From Octopus vulgaris (taxonomy: Eukaryota), in contig OX597825.1 of assembly GCA_951406725.2 (NCBI GenBank), positions 40,176,001 through 40,240,000 on the forward strand: a stretch of 64,000 nucleotides of DNA, in the 5' to 3' direction. Below, piece after piece: positions 13,084 through 27,490 of the stretch. A model generated the notes under the pieces. The model did no database searches and was not told where the DNA came from. It worked only from the letters and a program-made list of their open reading frames with translations. Both the position numbers and the translations under genes were made by a program. Positions within the stretch are counted from its first letter, which is position 1. Every line of letters begins with the position of its first letter.

Positions 13084-13786
13084 AATTTATTTAGTTTTCA
13101 TTATACGTATATATATTTTTTGATAGAGAAAATTTTAGATCTTAATTATTATATTTATTAATAATAATTTAGTTTTTATTCTTAAATACTTTATAATTAT
13201 TCGATTTGAACTTAAATTTAAAAATATGAACAGTGATTATTTTTTGGTTAAATAATTTGGTAATACGATATTGACTATAACTGAGATTAGGTTATTCGTG
13301 ATTTCATTAGGTATTTATAGTCATATTATATCTTAATAGATAAATACATTTTTTACCTTAAAAATTAATATTTAACATTATAATAGGATTCTTTGACATA
13401 ATCCTAACCGTTAAAGTTTCTAATTTGATAATAGAGTTTATTTTTATAAGAAAAACTAATCTTTTATTTATTTCTTTAAAAATATTGTTTAAATATATTT
13501 GCTTATTTATTTAACTATTATCTTTAACCTGAAGATTGACTATGATTATAATTCGAATTTTAATTGAATTTAAATTATTGTAATTAGAATTGGGTTATGG
13601 CCATGAAATGTACGTATTTGATTTGCCTAATAGTGGTTTTATCTCTAATTTTTATTTATATATATATATACATACATATGTGTGTACGTGCATTTTATGT
13701 GTATATTAGTTGGCATGCATGTGCATTTATTTCTGTATACAAGTGAATCTTAAGAGACATTCGCGTGTCTTATATGTATATGTATT

Positions 13787-13838
<52 letters not shown>

Positions 13839-16035
13839 TTTATATATGGACAAGCATACATACATACATGTTCTAACGCTTCAACTGCGCTAAAATACGT
13901 ATTCTTATCGCTATCCCGTGATATCGGAGTGTATGTTAGCCTTGTACGTATAATGTTTCGCTACATTAAATATTCTGTGAAAATATGCATCTAATCTCAA
14001 AAGTTTATCTCCAATAGAGAAAATGAGGAAGATCATACATTCAAAAACAGTAACTCAAACATAATAAATTCAAAAAGGGTAAAAGGATTAGATGATTTTA
14101 TGAAATGCGTCGAGAAATGAAAATACTATAGTGAGAGAAATTATACATATATGTGCATGTGTGAAGTTATATAAGAATACAGTTATATATTCAGAATTTT
14201 ACTTTATTCCTTATAGCGGACTTTTTGCTGCAATGGATAAATATTTACCACATTTTAATAAGTACGGAAATTATTTTATCTCCATAGAGGAAACTTTCCT
14301 ATCCAATAGAAAGGAATGAATTTGACCTGAAATTATAGTAGCAGCTAACAAAATTAATATTAAACAGTATCCCAACTCAAAATTATTAATTACGATTAGA
14401 ATTGTTACGGTAATGTAAGATAAACTCGAATGATAAATTTCGTGAAGGCATTTAGATGAAATTAATTCCAACTGTGAATTTGTTAGTATCTTTAAGGTAG
14501 CATATAGCAATAATATTGATTATAATATTGTTAATAATCCTGGTTAAAACAGCAAACTTTGAGAGTTGAATTAGTAATATTAACTGTAATCATAACTTCT
14601 AGTGAAACGCTTTTCAAGTACACAATTATGTTTCATCTGGGAAATGTGTGTTTACGAATGAGTATACTATATCAATATACGTTAACTGCAAGTTCTGCTA
14701 TAATTTGGAAATCTAGAATACATAACCATTCTTCTTTACTTCAAATTAGAAAATGAAATTCGAGGAATTTAGTAAATTTTAGTAATAAAGTACCTAAAAT
14801 TTAATTTCAGTTTACAGCATATCAGTAAATAAATGACTGAAATTAACTGTTGGGCACTTTATTATGTGAAACTATTAATTAGAACTATAAATAAAATCAT
14901 TAAGAACTATTATGGTTACTTCAAAACGTTTTGGCACTCTCACTCCCTGTGTGTCTAAACCTACTGGCGTATGCCATTATTGTAATTTTAATTTTTTTAA
15001 ACTGTTTTATTACTTATCAACCCTTTACCCCCATAGAAAACTTAACCCAACAATTGCTATTTAAGTTTAGTCATTTACTAAATCTTTAATCTTCCTCTCG
15101 AGGATTTCTTTTCTTTTCTTTTATGTATGTAATTTTCTTTACTCTGATGTAATTTTCTTTACTCCATGTTCCAGATCGGATGTATTATCAAATGAAATGA
15201 ACATCAGTTTCACAATTTCCAATAGCAATACCATATAACATTGGAAGCAGAAACAGCTTTTTTGTATTGAACTAAACAGAAATAATTCATGTAAGTCAAT
15301 TGTTTTTTATCAATATTTCTTCAATTTTTGTTTACTTTAAATTTGATTCCAGATAAACTCAACTTTATCCTTGTCATTACCTGCCAGCTATTTGCATAAT
15401 ATGCTTACATATGTATGTCTATGGTTAACATAGGTAATTATAGCGGTAGTATAACGGATGTTTTTATCCCTTAGACATTTATTACAACCTCTAATTCTAC
15501 TAACCTCATATATATATATATATATATAATACTATTTCTTACTTGAAAGCATAATACTGCAAATCTATTTCTTACTGATTAAGTTAATATTTAACCTAGA
15601 CGCACATCATGCTTATTTGAGAAACTATTTTTCTTCAATTACAACTAACTTGTGGTTCAATGTTAGCTGTGTTAGGAAAATAAATAATGCTTGTCAACTT
15701 CCAAAGACAAACTGAATCCCTGTTTCAAGGTAGCAGTAGATTAATTACAGAAACAAGCGTAACAAAGGAAAATAGTGGATATACAACTATATTAAATACG
15801 AGAGATTCAATCACGTCCCATCATTCACAGTTTCTGAATTTCACATAAACTTCTGAACTGTAATCTAAACACGGGGTACACAATTGCAATACTGTCTTTT
15901 ACTTCCTTTCCAATTACGTATGTATGATACACTTTTGTGCTTAATTTCAAAACTTATATTAAAGATTTTTACTCACACATACACCTGCCTGGATATAACA
16001 GTAATGTCTATGTATGTTTGTTGATACACATGCAC

Positions 16036-16099
<64 letters not shown>

Positions 16100-16204
16100 G
16101 TGTGTGTGTACGTGTACGTGTGTGTATGTGCGTGTGTGTGTATGTATGTACGTATGTATGTATATATAAACATCCATACACACGTGTGCATACTTATAAT
16201 GTAC

Positions 16205-16263
<59 letters not shown>

Positions 16264-18672
16264 TGTGTGTATGCACATCTGTGTGTGTGTGAGTGCATGT
16301 GTGTGTGAGTACGAAAGTATGCATACATGTTTTATGTGTTTGATCAAATATATTTCAAACTTAGTTTGGAGATCATGATTATAATTTTACAGTTCCAGGA
16401 AAAAAGAAAAGTTTTTTATAAGTTTATTCTTTAACTTTTATTTATATGATTGCATCAGCTGCACTCGGCGTCCTATCTTCTTATTGCATATGTTTTAATG
16501 TATATGTTTTAAGAACAATATTACATTTTTCAGCCAAACTTACGTAAGTATTTTTATGTGTGAGAGGTGGGGAGCTTGCATTATTTTATATTCTTTTATA
16601 AACCTAATACAAAGTCATCTTTCTTTCCTATTGACTAGACGTAGTTAGTTTACATGTAAGATACTTCTAGGAAAGTCACTCTTCAATTGGCTTAGCACTA
16701 TTTTAAATAAGAATAAAACAGCCACATTAAATCATATACTCGTGCGCACCTTATAACTTTAGTATGAAAGCCTTTTGAATGTCTTTGAACACAAATCGTC
16801 CGACCATATTTCACTTTGAGCTAAAGGGAAATAAAACCTTATTGGTAAGTAAATACTACACCATCACATCACAGGACATTTTCTCTACCTTTTGCCATAA
16901 ATAAAATTATATAAGTTCTTCATACGCCAAAAATATCATTCACCAAAATGTGACTATTGCATTAGAAATACGATAAATGTGGCTTTGGAAATGTTTATGC
17001 CTCTACAATTAAAATATCAACTTTAGATATTTAGACATTTCATTGTTGATAGATGATTTTGCATGAATAATTCATGGAATATACCTTATGTGTAACTATT
17101 GCTATGCTATTTGAAATATAATGTTTTATACTTTCTACCCCATTATTCTAACAGATTCTATTTATCATAAGTATTATATGTACCTCTGAAAGGTATACAC
17201 CTTGTTATATTTCAGCATTTCTATCCGAATCTCTCACATATTCATGACATGTTCTGTTATGTCATTTTTTTCACTCAGCAATTTCCTTATCTTCTAAATC
17301 ATTTCACCTCATCTCCTCATTCATAGAGTTGGAATAAAATTGATGGAAAAATTAAATAATATTAAAGTCTTTAATAATGTATACATTTTGGAAATGATCG
17401 CACGGCATATATTTTGGAAGTTCTGAAGCATTGTGAAACATGTAACTTCTTAAATTTCTGCACACAATATTATATGACAAATCTGACGCAGATCTAATAT
17501 TTATGAAGGAACATGAAAAACAATGCATATAAGCAACTGCACTACTGAACGCCATGCGTTTCTGCAAAATAAACAACCCGTTTAAACTTGCATGAAATGT
17601 CATAGGGAGAAACCTCATCTTTATCTGTTTTATACAAAACTTCAGTATCGAAAAGTGCTACAGAAAACAAAAAGATTTATATACAGCATAATTTTTGCTA
17701 TAAACTCGTTTAAGCTTCTTCTGGATATTAGTAAATATTCATATTGTATAGCGTTACTTACATTTCTGAACAGTGCTTTGTTTGAGAAACGTCAATTCAT
17801 TTTGAGAAACGTCACGTTGTTTTGTTTGAGAAACGTCAATTCGTTTCTATTTTAATCTGTTTTAAAACAATTAAGATTTTAAAGCCATAAGAACTAATTT
17901 GAAATACTCATAATGCACCACAACTACTTCACTACGTTAGTGAAGTATTATAGGCGAATAAACTATTACATGTTCTAACACTCAATAATATTGAATCGGG
18001 TTCTATAGATGGAAGCAACGTAAAGGCTGCCGTAAATCTATCTTACAGCTTAATCACGAAACTCTCTTTGTGAGATTCATATAATGGAAACTTTATTTAC
18101 GCTCATAATGAAAATTTTAAAACGGCACGAAATGTGTTCATTAAGCTGATTTTTGTACAGACATGCCAAATGTGTACATGAGTGAGCAATAGGAGTTATA
18201 TTCATTATGATAATGCTACCGACGACAATACTTTTGTGAAGTTGAGGATGATATCGATGTTGAAGATGATGTCGGTGTTGGGGAAGATGATGATGATGAT
18301 GGCGACAACGAGAACGACGATGATGATTATAAAGATGATGAATGCGATGAGGATGAAGATTTCGTTTGCAATATTGTTGATGAGGATATTAAAAAATAGT
18401 GAGAGAGCTGGATGTATGTTCATAGCAATTCTTCGTGATTAAAATATGGAATATAATAATAAGACATAAGCCAATTAGAATTTTACATAGGTAAGAAGAA
18501 ATAAGCTCTTTCGAATAAGAAGTGAACGATATTATATATAGCGAAATACCTAACACTTAGTTTAGAACCATTGGATTTATTACATAAACAACTTATATAT
18601 ATATGTGTGTGTGTGGGGGTGTATGTATCTATATATATATATACACGTATATACGTATATATGTTTATATAC

Positions 18673-18755
<83 letters not shown>

Positions 18756-19249
18756 CATATATACACATACATATGTACATGTAAATGTTGAACGATGAAA
18801 ATGAGTGTTCTTTTATTTGTGAATTAAATCTACCATTAGTTTCAAGTTCAGAAAAGTAGGAACATATCTTAGTGTCTGAACAAGTTTTCAAGCCAATCAC
18901 ATGGAGAAACGTGTTGGCCTGCATTTAGCTCGCGGATACCCTTGTGAATTTACGTGAGTAAAGCAATAAGTCAATGAATCAAGGTATTTTAATCTTCGAT
19001 GAATGTCTCCCTTGGACTCGTCATTTGGGCAAATTGTTGTGTGGTCAAATTATATGCATTATTTTGATTTTGCTCTGGGCATTGTGTACTTAAACTTGTG
19101 TACTGAAGTACCTCGTCGTTATGGCATATTTCGTCTGTAAATGGAACTAGTGCGCTATGTGTGTTTCGATTTCATGTTTAGGAATGGGGCTACCCTGGTG
19201 GGATAGTGGCTTTTCTGGTTGACGGTAGTGGCTCTTATTTGAAATATTT

Positions 19250-20130
19250 GTGTGTAAAATACTGCTTGTGCATAGAGGGAGAGAATGCTTCATGCCTAAT
19301 GTCTAGGATGTTATATGTTGATTGCATAATGTTAACTTTTTCAGGAATAAAATTTCATATTTTGTATCCTGACTTCTGTAATTTTTGGCTCTAGCAATAA
19401 TTTTCCATTCTAACTAGGGGTTACTTATTCTACTTACTTTCAACGTCAATATTATATTTGACAGGGAATTTGTATGTTTTTTCTGATATTTTTGTGCTCT
19501 GATATGTCATAATATTACTTAATATGGATTTACTAATAATTACTATTTCGCATTATGTGAGATTTATTAATGTACAGCTAAGCTATTTCTTGAAGTTATT
19601 TATATGGTCTATCAGAGCTATGAAAGGATTTCGTGGTATAAGCTTTTCTACTGTGTCTTCTATTTTAGACTTTGCGGCTACACTTTTAGTTGAACATTAA
19701 TTGAATCAGAAATGGTAGAGTTTCTTTTCTTGTATGTTTTAGTTATGTTGTCGGTTGTTAATTTGCGGTCTGTTTGGCTGTTTAATTCATAAATATTTTT
19801 CCTTATATCTGATTTAATAAACATGTCTGCTGATGTTTTGAAAGGTTCGATGTATGTCTGTAATGTGTTTCGAACTTGTTGGATCGTTGGTTGAATTTTA
19901 GCTTTCTAACGAACTTCATAGGATCGCCTTCACATTTTTCTAGGTCTTTAATAGGTGGGAGGATTTATAAGATCTACAATCGTATTTGTCCTCTGCATGA
20001 GAGCTGCACGTAACTTTATCGAACACTGGGCCTTCAATTTAATTCTCCTCAGAACATTTTCTGTTTTGTCGATAAGATATTTGAGGTATACTTTTCCTTG
20101 ATGGAATAAGAATATTTTTAAACGAGGTCA
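19250..20130 (-). mobile_element. Decayed PLE (Hydra-like), N-terminal region to RT motif A
   Basis: Minus-strand peptides KVYLKYLIDKTENVLRRIKLKA, PPIKDLEKCEGDPMKFVRKLKFN and KIEDTVEKLIPRNPFIALIDH; the first two align with ORF 55421-55846 (FLKELVCKTNAFINRIRW; PPNPRLKKFEDDLWDIVRKIKF). Confidence 0.7.
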
Positions 20131-20313
20131 TTATTTCGTGTTTTTCCATGATTTGTTTTGGTTGTCTCTTTATTTTTAATACTAAACGGGTGTTTGTTTA
20201 CCTCGGTATCTTTGATACGTATATGTCAAATCGTCGAAGAGTGAAAATGATTGCTGAACAACGCTTTGGTAGATATAATTTCTAATTTGTGAATTAATTC
20301 TACCATGTATTTC

Positions 20314-20406
<93 letters not shown>

Positions 20407-20506
20407 TGTGTGTGTGTTTATACTTACTTGGATGCGTGGCGTTCAATTAATTAAAAATATAAATTACAAATACATATACATGTATGTATTTATGTATGTA
20501 TGTATG

Positions 20507-20577
<71 letters not shown>

Positions 20578-20671
20578 GTGTGTATAAGGGTGAAAAGGAA
20601 CACACGAGTTGATATATATGAAAAAACAAGTCAAGATGGAAAATGCTAAAATATTTTTATAAAGAACATTT

Positions 20672-20709
20672 CAGTACCGGTTTCGGACATTTTGAGACCT
20701 TTTCAACTG
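20672..20709 (-). ncRNA. Type I hammerhead, U3-A8 variant (inverted pLTR copy)
   Basis: Reverse complement reads CAG-TTGAAAA-GGTC(tcaaaat)GTCC-GAA-ACCGGT-A-CTG; one stem II mismatch. Confidence 0.6.
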
Positions 20710-20880
20710 TAACGATTAAATAATTAAATTTTTAAAAATTAAAAGAAAAGTTTTTTAAAGGAATATTTGTATAGTGTTCAAATATAAGTGGCATTTTCCT
20801 TGTTTCTGCCTTTCTCTGTCTCCCTTGTTTACACTTGTGGGTTCGAGGTCGTTGTGAATTCTTTAATTATTTAATCGTTA

Positions 20881-20918
20881 CAGTTGAAAAGGTCTCAAAA
20901 TGACCGAAACCGGTACTG
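20881..20918 (+). ncRNA. Type I hammerhead, U3-A8 variant
   Basis: CAG-TTGAAAA-GGTC(tcaaaat)GACC-GAA-ACCGGT-A-CTG. All three stems pair; GUA cleavage triplet ends at 20915. Confidence 0.68.
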
Positions 20919-23715
20919 AAATGTTCTTTATAAAATTATTTTAGCATATCAGGAATACCCCCACTTCAAACAGAGAAAGGATAAATCAATACCCACAGGA
21001 TAGACACTGCAACCTCCTCCCCACCCAAAAGAGTTACCAACGAAATCTTCGTTCCAACAACCGACTAAACAGCCATGCACAACAAACCCACACCACTCGC
21101 AATGATTATCAACGAAGGCCTCCTAAAACACCACACCCGAATATGGGATATCGGGACGCACTTCTCAATACTGTTCCAAGAACACACACCATTAATCACA
21201 ACAGGACAGCCAACATCAACAAAGAACAACTATATAATAGCTACCGTCCCAACCACCGCATTCATTTTTTAGACCCAATACGCAAACACAGTGACACAAG
21301 ATAGCACCAAACAAACAGGAGGAACCAAAAGTGATAAAAATTATCAATCTAACTCACAAAGAAATAACAGCAAACCAAATAAATATACTTTCCAAAGGAC
21401 TCAAGTTTACACCCACCCCACAACACCCTAACTACAATGAACTGAAAGAAGACATCGCAGAATTCTGCAGAAAATTACGACTTACTGAGGAGCTATATGA
21501 CAAATACAACGAGGACGAATCGTTGGTCAGAAATAGAAGTAACTACACTTACTCATTTCTGTGACCACATATCGAATTAGCCATATCAACATATGCACAA
21601 ACAAAAACACAAAGCAACCTTGATCAAAAAAGAATGGACTGAGTTGAACAAATTAAGACAATACACAACAATAACAATCAAAGAGGCCGATAAAGGGAGT
21701 GCAGTTGTCTTAATAGTCACGACATTTTACATAACTTTTGTACTATCTATGCTGGAAGACACAGCATATTATGAAAAGGCACAAAACTACAGTCAACAAA
21801 AAATAATGAGGGAACTAAAATCATGTTAACCCCATACAAAGAAGGGATCACCGACAAAGAAATATGACTATATGACCAATTTCACAAGTAAAACCAGCCA
21901 ATTCAACGGTATTCCTAAGATACACAAAAGTGAGAAAATAAGTAACGCATGCAAGATAGCTACAGACAAAATAATTAAAGTCCCTAATCCTAATGACCTC
22001 AAATAATAGCAGGTCCCGCATGTGAAACCCACCGCCTCAGTAACGTTTTAGACACCCTGTTAAAACCACTTCTCAAACATGTCAAAAGCTATATAAGGGA
22101 CAACCTGGATATGCTCAATCACCTGCCTAAAACAATAAACAAAAACACCCTACTAGTATCCTTCGATGTAGTCAACCTCTATTCCAATATCACCCACAAC
22201 CTAGGAATAGAAGCAATTCAGTTCTGGCTAGAGAATCACGCCAACGAACTCCCACATCGCATCAAAAAAGAATTCGTGATAGAAGAGGTTAAATTCATCC
22301 TGGAAAATAACTTCTTCGCCTTCAAAGACAACATTTACCGACAAAAATCGGGGACTGCGATGGGTACACGAATGGCCCCCTCCTTTGCCAACCTGGTCAT
22401 GGTATATCTAGAAATCAGTCTGTATCGTAAGGTTCTAGAAAGATATGGCAGCCTTTTCTCCATCTACATATAAAACAACTGGAAGAGATATCTAGATGAC
22501 TGTTTCATTCTTTGGCATGAAAATATAGAGAAACTCAAAGAATTCCAAGCAATTTTAAATGGACTGGACGTAAACATCCAATTCACGATGGAATATAGCC
22601 AGCAACAACTCCCCTTCCACGATATCCTTATTAAGAAAGCTAATAATGTAATAGAAACAGACATATAATATAAGGCTACAGATTCTAAGCAGTATCTTCC
22701 ATCCAATTCATGCCACCCCAGGCACACAAGAATGAATATCCCCTTCAATCTAGCAAAAAGAATATGTACTATAGTTTCTAATGCAAACACCAGAGACACA
22801 CGACTACAGGAACTAAAATATACCCTCATCACCAGGAACTAGCCACCTTCACTTATTGGCATATGTATTCGTCATGCCCTTCAACTCAACATCCAGGAAC
22901 TCAGACATCCCAAATCAAAGAAAAATTTACGACCAAAAGCCTTACCATACATATCCACACACAAACCTCTCAACAATGAAGCCTTCGACACCATCCTCCA
23001 AAACATACCCCTCCTAAAAATGTACCACAGAATGAACACAATCCTCCAAACACACACGATCATAAAAAAGCAAGAGACAGCCTAAATCTATGAAAAGTCT
23101 CCTAACACAAGTTCGAATACGCTCTTCAACACAGAAGCCGACAGTAAAAAAATGTGGAAGACACAATTGCGGGATATGCGATTATCTAATTGAGGGATCA
23201 GAGTTCTCCTTCAAAGAGGGACAACGGTATACAGTGAAAAGCAACTTCACATGTGCTTCGGAGAACCTGATATACACACTAACCTGCTCTGGGTGTCAAG
23301 TGCAGTACATAGGCCAAACAAAAATAGTTTGCGTAAAAGAATGGCCCTGCACAGATCCAAGATAAAAATTCCCCAAAACAGAAAAATAGCTTTCAGCCAA
23401 CACATAGATACTTGCGCCAACAACAAAACACCAAACTTCAGGATTTTCTCCCTCTACCAATTCAGGGACGATACAACCTCGAGACAACGAATAAGTAAAG
23501 AAACTCTCTTTATCACAAAATACAGGTCACTTCTTAACGGGTCTACGACAAACGATATATACACCTCGGCTTTAGAATAACACAATTACACACGAAAATA
23601 TTCCTTCCAAAGGATCCATTACAAATCAGCCACAATCACAGCTATAACCCATAACGTGCCAACTTCAAGTCATACAACACCTCACTATTTCCACTCATTC
23701 ATATTCTCCCTTCTG

Positions 23716-23752
23716 TTCTTCTCCTTCCTCTTCTTCATCATCATCATCATCG

Positions 23753-23805
<53 letters not shown>

Positions 23806-24350
23806 TTCTTTTTCTTCTTCTTCTTCTTCTTCTTCTTCTTCTTCTCCTACTCCCTCTTCTTCTTCTTCTTCATCATTAACATCGTCAACATCATCATCAT
23901 CATCATCATCATCTTCTTCTTCTTCTTTTTTTTCTTCTTCTTTTTCTTCTTCTTCTTCTTCTTATTCCTCTTCTTCTTCTGCTCCAACTTCTACTTCTTA
24001 ACTGTACCACTAATGCTTTGATTGTCGTATTTTGAATGGTTATCACCCACGCAAATTGTATAAACGCAAATTCTATAAACAAACCTTTCAATAGAAATAT
24101 TCTCATGAATTGAACAGCAACTGCTAGCCGCCACCGACCATTCAAAATACGACAATCAAGGCACCCCCAAATTTCACCCCTGCTTCTCCTCATTATCCTT
24201 CTTTTTCTTCTTCTTCTTCTTCTTCTTCTTCTTCTTCTTCTTCTTCTTCTTCTTCTTCTTCTTCTTCTTCTTCTTCTTCTTCTTCTTCTTCTTCTTCTTC
24301 TTCTTCTTCTTCTTCTTCTTCTTCTTCTTCTTCTTCTTCTTCTTCTTCTT
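23716..24350. repeat. (TCA)n/(TTC)n microsatellites inside the PLE 3' UTR
   Basis: Compound tract at 23716-23980 and a near-pure (TTC)n of ~50 units at 24198-24350. Confidence 0.95.
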
Positions 24351-24512
24351 CCCTACCAAGAATTCATAACGACCTCGAACTCACAAGTGTAAACAAGAGA
24401 GACATAGAAAGGCAGAAACAAGGAAAATGCCACTTATATTTGAACACTATACAAATATTCCTTTAAAAAAGCTTTTCTTTTAATTTTTCTAAATTTAATT
24501 ATTTAATCGTTA

Positions 24513-24550
24513 CAGTTGAAAAGGTCTCAAAATGTCCGAAACCGGTACTG
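24513..24550 (+). ncRNA. Type I hammerhead, U3-A8 variant (3' pLTR copy)
   Basis: CAG-TTGAAAA-GGTC(tcaaaat)GTCC-GAA-ACCGGT-A-CTG. Confidence 0.6.
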
Positions 24551-25978
24551 AAATGCTCTTTATAAAATTATCTTAGCATTTTCTATCTTGACTTGTTTTT
24601 TCATATATATATATGAGCAGGTTGTCAACTCTGCTCCATGGAGACATGAAATTTTAAGGCAAAGAAAAAAAAATGTTAAATAACCGTATCGAATTGGTCG
24701 ATCTTCTATTCACTCAAAAATTAAGACTCTTAAATATTTTAAATAAAAATCGCATAGAATAATCGTATAGAACTAGGTCTATTTTGTTTTCACTAAAAAA
24801 GCAAAACTTTACTATATATTTTAAATAGATATCTGTGAGCTCTTCCACTGGTGTTCTTTCTTTCTAACTTTACCTGTTTTAGAACACAAAGAAACAAATG
24901 GTATTTGTACGTTGCCAAAAATTTTAATTGACTATATAGTTAATCTAATTTAATCTAATTTAACTAACCCAACTCAAATCAAATAAATTGCTAATACTTC
25001 CTAATTCTATTCTAAGTTTAATAAGTAATGCTACTCGCTTAATAATAATATAAAGAATTTTCACTATGATTTTCACTATATTTTGAATAAACAATACTCT
25101 CACACCTTTTACTATAGAAATTAATTGACCTCTAGGTATAGACCTAAAGTCTGTATTACAATGTATAAACATTTGTATAAATAGAAACAATAATAAATAA
25201 ATAAATAACCTCCTATTCTCTTAATGTATTTTCCTCTACTGATAGCCTTTGACCCCTTTGATACTTTCTTTTGTTTTCTTTATATTCTTATACCTGCCTT
25301 TAACTCTGTAGGAGTGGTAGTTAATAGCTGTATGATGGTCAAAAGTAATGTTCTCTTTCATAATTTATAAATCTCAGATTCCTGCCACACTGACCTAAAT
25401 TTTCTGTCACCACAGAAATAAACTAAACTTTGTAGGTTGTGTACGTACACCCCTTCCTCCCATAATGCCCTTATTTGGGCGGTTTCTGCTTCACTGACTT
25501 CTATTGCGACTTATTTTGGCCAATATAGTGAATCTCTTCTTCCAACATAGTAGTTTTGTGAAACGAATAGAAGTGTGATATCAACATCTTCTCATATATC
25601 AGGAAATTACATCTACATTATTATGGATACATTCATCTTCTCTGAGTATGAAATATCTCCTCATATCTCCGGAAATTACACCTGCATTATTATGGATGGA
25701 TTTACCTTTTCTGTGAAGCTACCAGACTTTTTTAAAAACCTTTTATAAAACTGTGCTTCATTAGAGAACTTTTGAATCTGCTTACAATCTAACTTTACTT
25801 TTCATAGAACTCTCTTCGATACTTCATGAGTGTAACCTCACACCCTAGGATGTTTGGAAAACTCATATGTGTTTTGGCTGGTGAATACGGGACACTTGTA
25901 TTTGCAGCTTTTAATAAAGCTGTTCTTCGTATGAAACAATTGTGCTGAACAACTAATCCATTCTTGTTGCTTTTTTCT

Positions 25979-26026
<48 letters not shown>

Positions 26027-26103
26027 AAATTTCTTATCTAAGCGTCTTAAAATGTTTTCTGCGGTGTAGAATTTACAATGTAATTATACTCTTTCATTCC
26101 AGA

Positions 26104-27115
26104 TGCCATTATATTAAACATTTGCGAAGAGTAAACATGTCACGCACAGAAAATTGAGCAGAACTGTCAGATTTTCAAAGAGGCCGTATTTTGCGCAATC
26201 TAAGGCTGCTCTTAGCCAGCGAAAAATTGCCGGGAATCTTCAAATTCCTCTTGCTACTGTTAATAGAATTATAGTGGAATTCCAAAAACAAGGAAAAGCA
26301 TCAACAGGTTCTCGTCCCGGCCGACCTGGGCCCTCGGAAAGGAAGCTTCTCTGTTTGAAGAGAGTTGTGGGAAACGAACCTCGTTCGAAGTTTATTGATA
26401 TTGCAAAACAGCTAGAAGTTAATCCAAGAACGTGTGTTTCATTTCTGCATAAGCTTATCTATTATGGACGAGCAGCTAGAAGAAAACCTCTCCTTCAAAC
26501 AATTAATTACATGAAAACAAAGTTCATCCAGTTCATTTTACTCTAGGGTGATTTTCTCAGATGAATCTAGATTTGCATTATTTTGAGACAGTGGACGTGT
26601 TTGGGTCTGGAGTTTTCCCAATCAAGAATTTTATTTCAAACGACTTCAACCAACTGTGAAATATAGCAGTATCTCTATAATGGTATAGTGAGCTGTCACC
26701 AGCAATGGTCGTTCTGAGCTGATCGAATGTGTTGGAGCCATAAACTCTGAAAAATACATCGAAATACTTACGATGTATTCACACGATAACATAACGAAAG
26801 TAAGTTTTTATTCATGGAAGATGGAACTCCATGCCACAGAGCAAAAAGAAATCAAATATGGCTGACTGAAAATGAGATCAAAAAGTTTCCTTGGCCGAGC
26901 CAATCTTCTGACATGGACCCGATTAAAAATCTTTGGAGCATACTAGAGAGAGCTATACGAAAATCTCGAAAGAAACCTAAATCTAAAGGTGAATTTCTTT
27001 CGATTATTGCGTGAAAAGTGGACAGAAATTCCACAAGAGACAATCGCAAAGCTCATCAGTTCAATGCCAAAAAGAGTTTCTTAATTAAAAAACGAATGTC
27101 AACTAAATGCTAAAG
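26104..27115 (+). mobile_element. Tc1-family DNA transposon remnant (DD34E-type transposase pseudogene)
   Basis: HTH region, RPGRP, GRAARRKPLL, VIFSDESRF, MEDGTPCHRAK, WPSQSSDMDPIKNLW; stops and frameshifts. Confidence 0.92.
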
Positions 27116-27206
27116 TATGTAGTTCTACCTATAGATTACATATCACGTGTTTGTTTCATGATTTAAATAAAAAAAATTGAAAACTAAATTCTTGCATGTC
27201 TGTCTA

Positions 27207-27244
<38 letters not shown>

Positions 27245-27247
27245 TAC

Positions 27248-27278
<31 letters not shown>

Positions 27279-27381
27279 TGAATACATATACATATATATA
27301 TATACACACACACATACATATATATATATAGATAGATATATAGATAGATAGAGAGAGAGAGAGATAGAGAGATAGAGAGAT

Positions 27382-27490
27382 ATAAGGCTGGTCTTAGCCA
27401 GCGAAAAATTGCCGAGAATCTTCAAATTCCTCTTGCTACTGTTAATAGAATTATAGTGGAAAAGCATCAATAGGTTCTCGTCCCGGCCGA
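27382..27490 (+). mobile_element. Short duplicate of a Tc1 internal segment (26201-26323)
   Basis: Near-identical with a few substitutions and a ~16-nt deletion; directly fused to the downstream PLE fragment. Confidence 0.9.

Larger units (their letters stand above)
11960..13655. mobile_element. Highly decayed PLE-like composite with inverted pseudo-LTR remnants
   Basis: 11985-12030 is an inverted copy of 13575-13616; 11349-11383 is an inverted copy of 13617-13651. Degenerate HHR at 13529-13616 (CTGAAGA...GAAATGTACGTA). Faint endonuclease-like peptides (KYISST, NKWKIL) on - at 12200-12380. Flanked by (TA)n. Confidence 0.5.
20612..24609 (+). mobile_element. Near full-length Penelope-like retroelement (Neptune-like), RT plus C-terminal GIY-YIG, disabled, with inverted 5' pseudo-LTR
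   Basis: Fragmented ORF 21331-23580: ILSKGLKFTP, KEADKG, SFDVVNLYSNI, GTAMGTRMAPSFAN, RYLDDCF, KCGRHNCGIC, NLIYTLTC..YIGQT. 20612-20861 is the reverse complement of 24358-24609; 20862-20947 is a direct copy of ~24495-24578. (TA)n on both sides. Confidence 0.95.
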
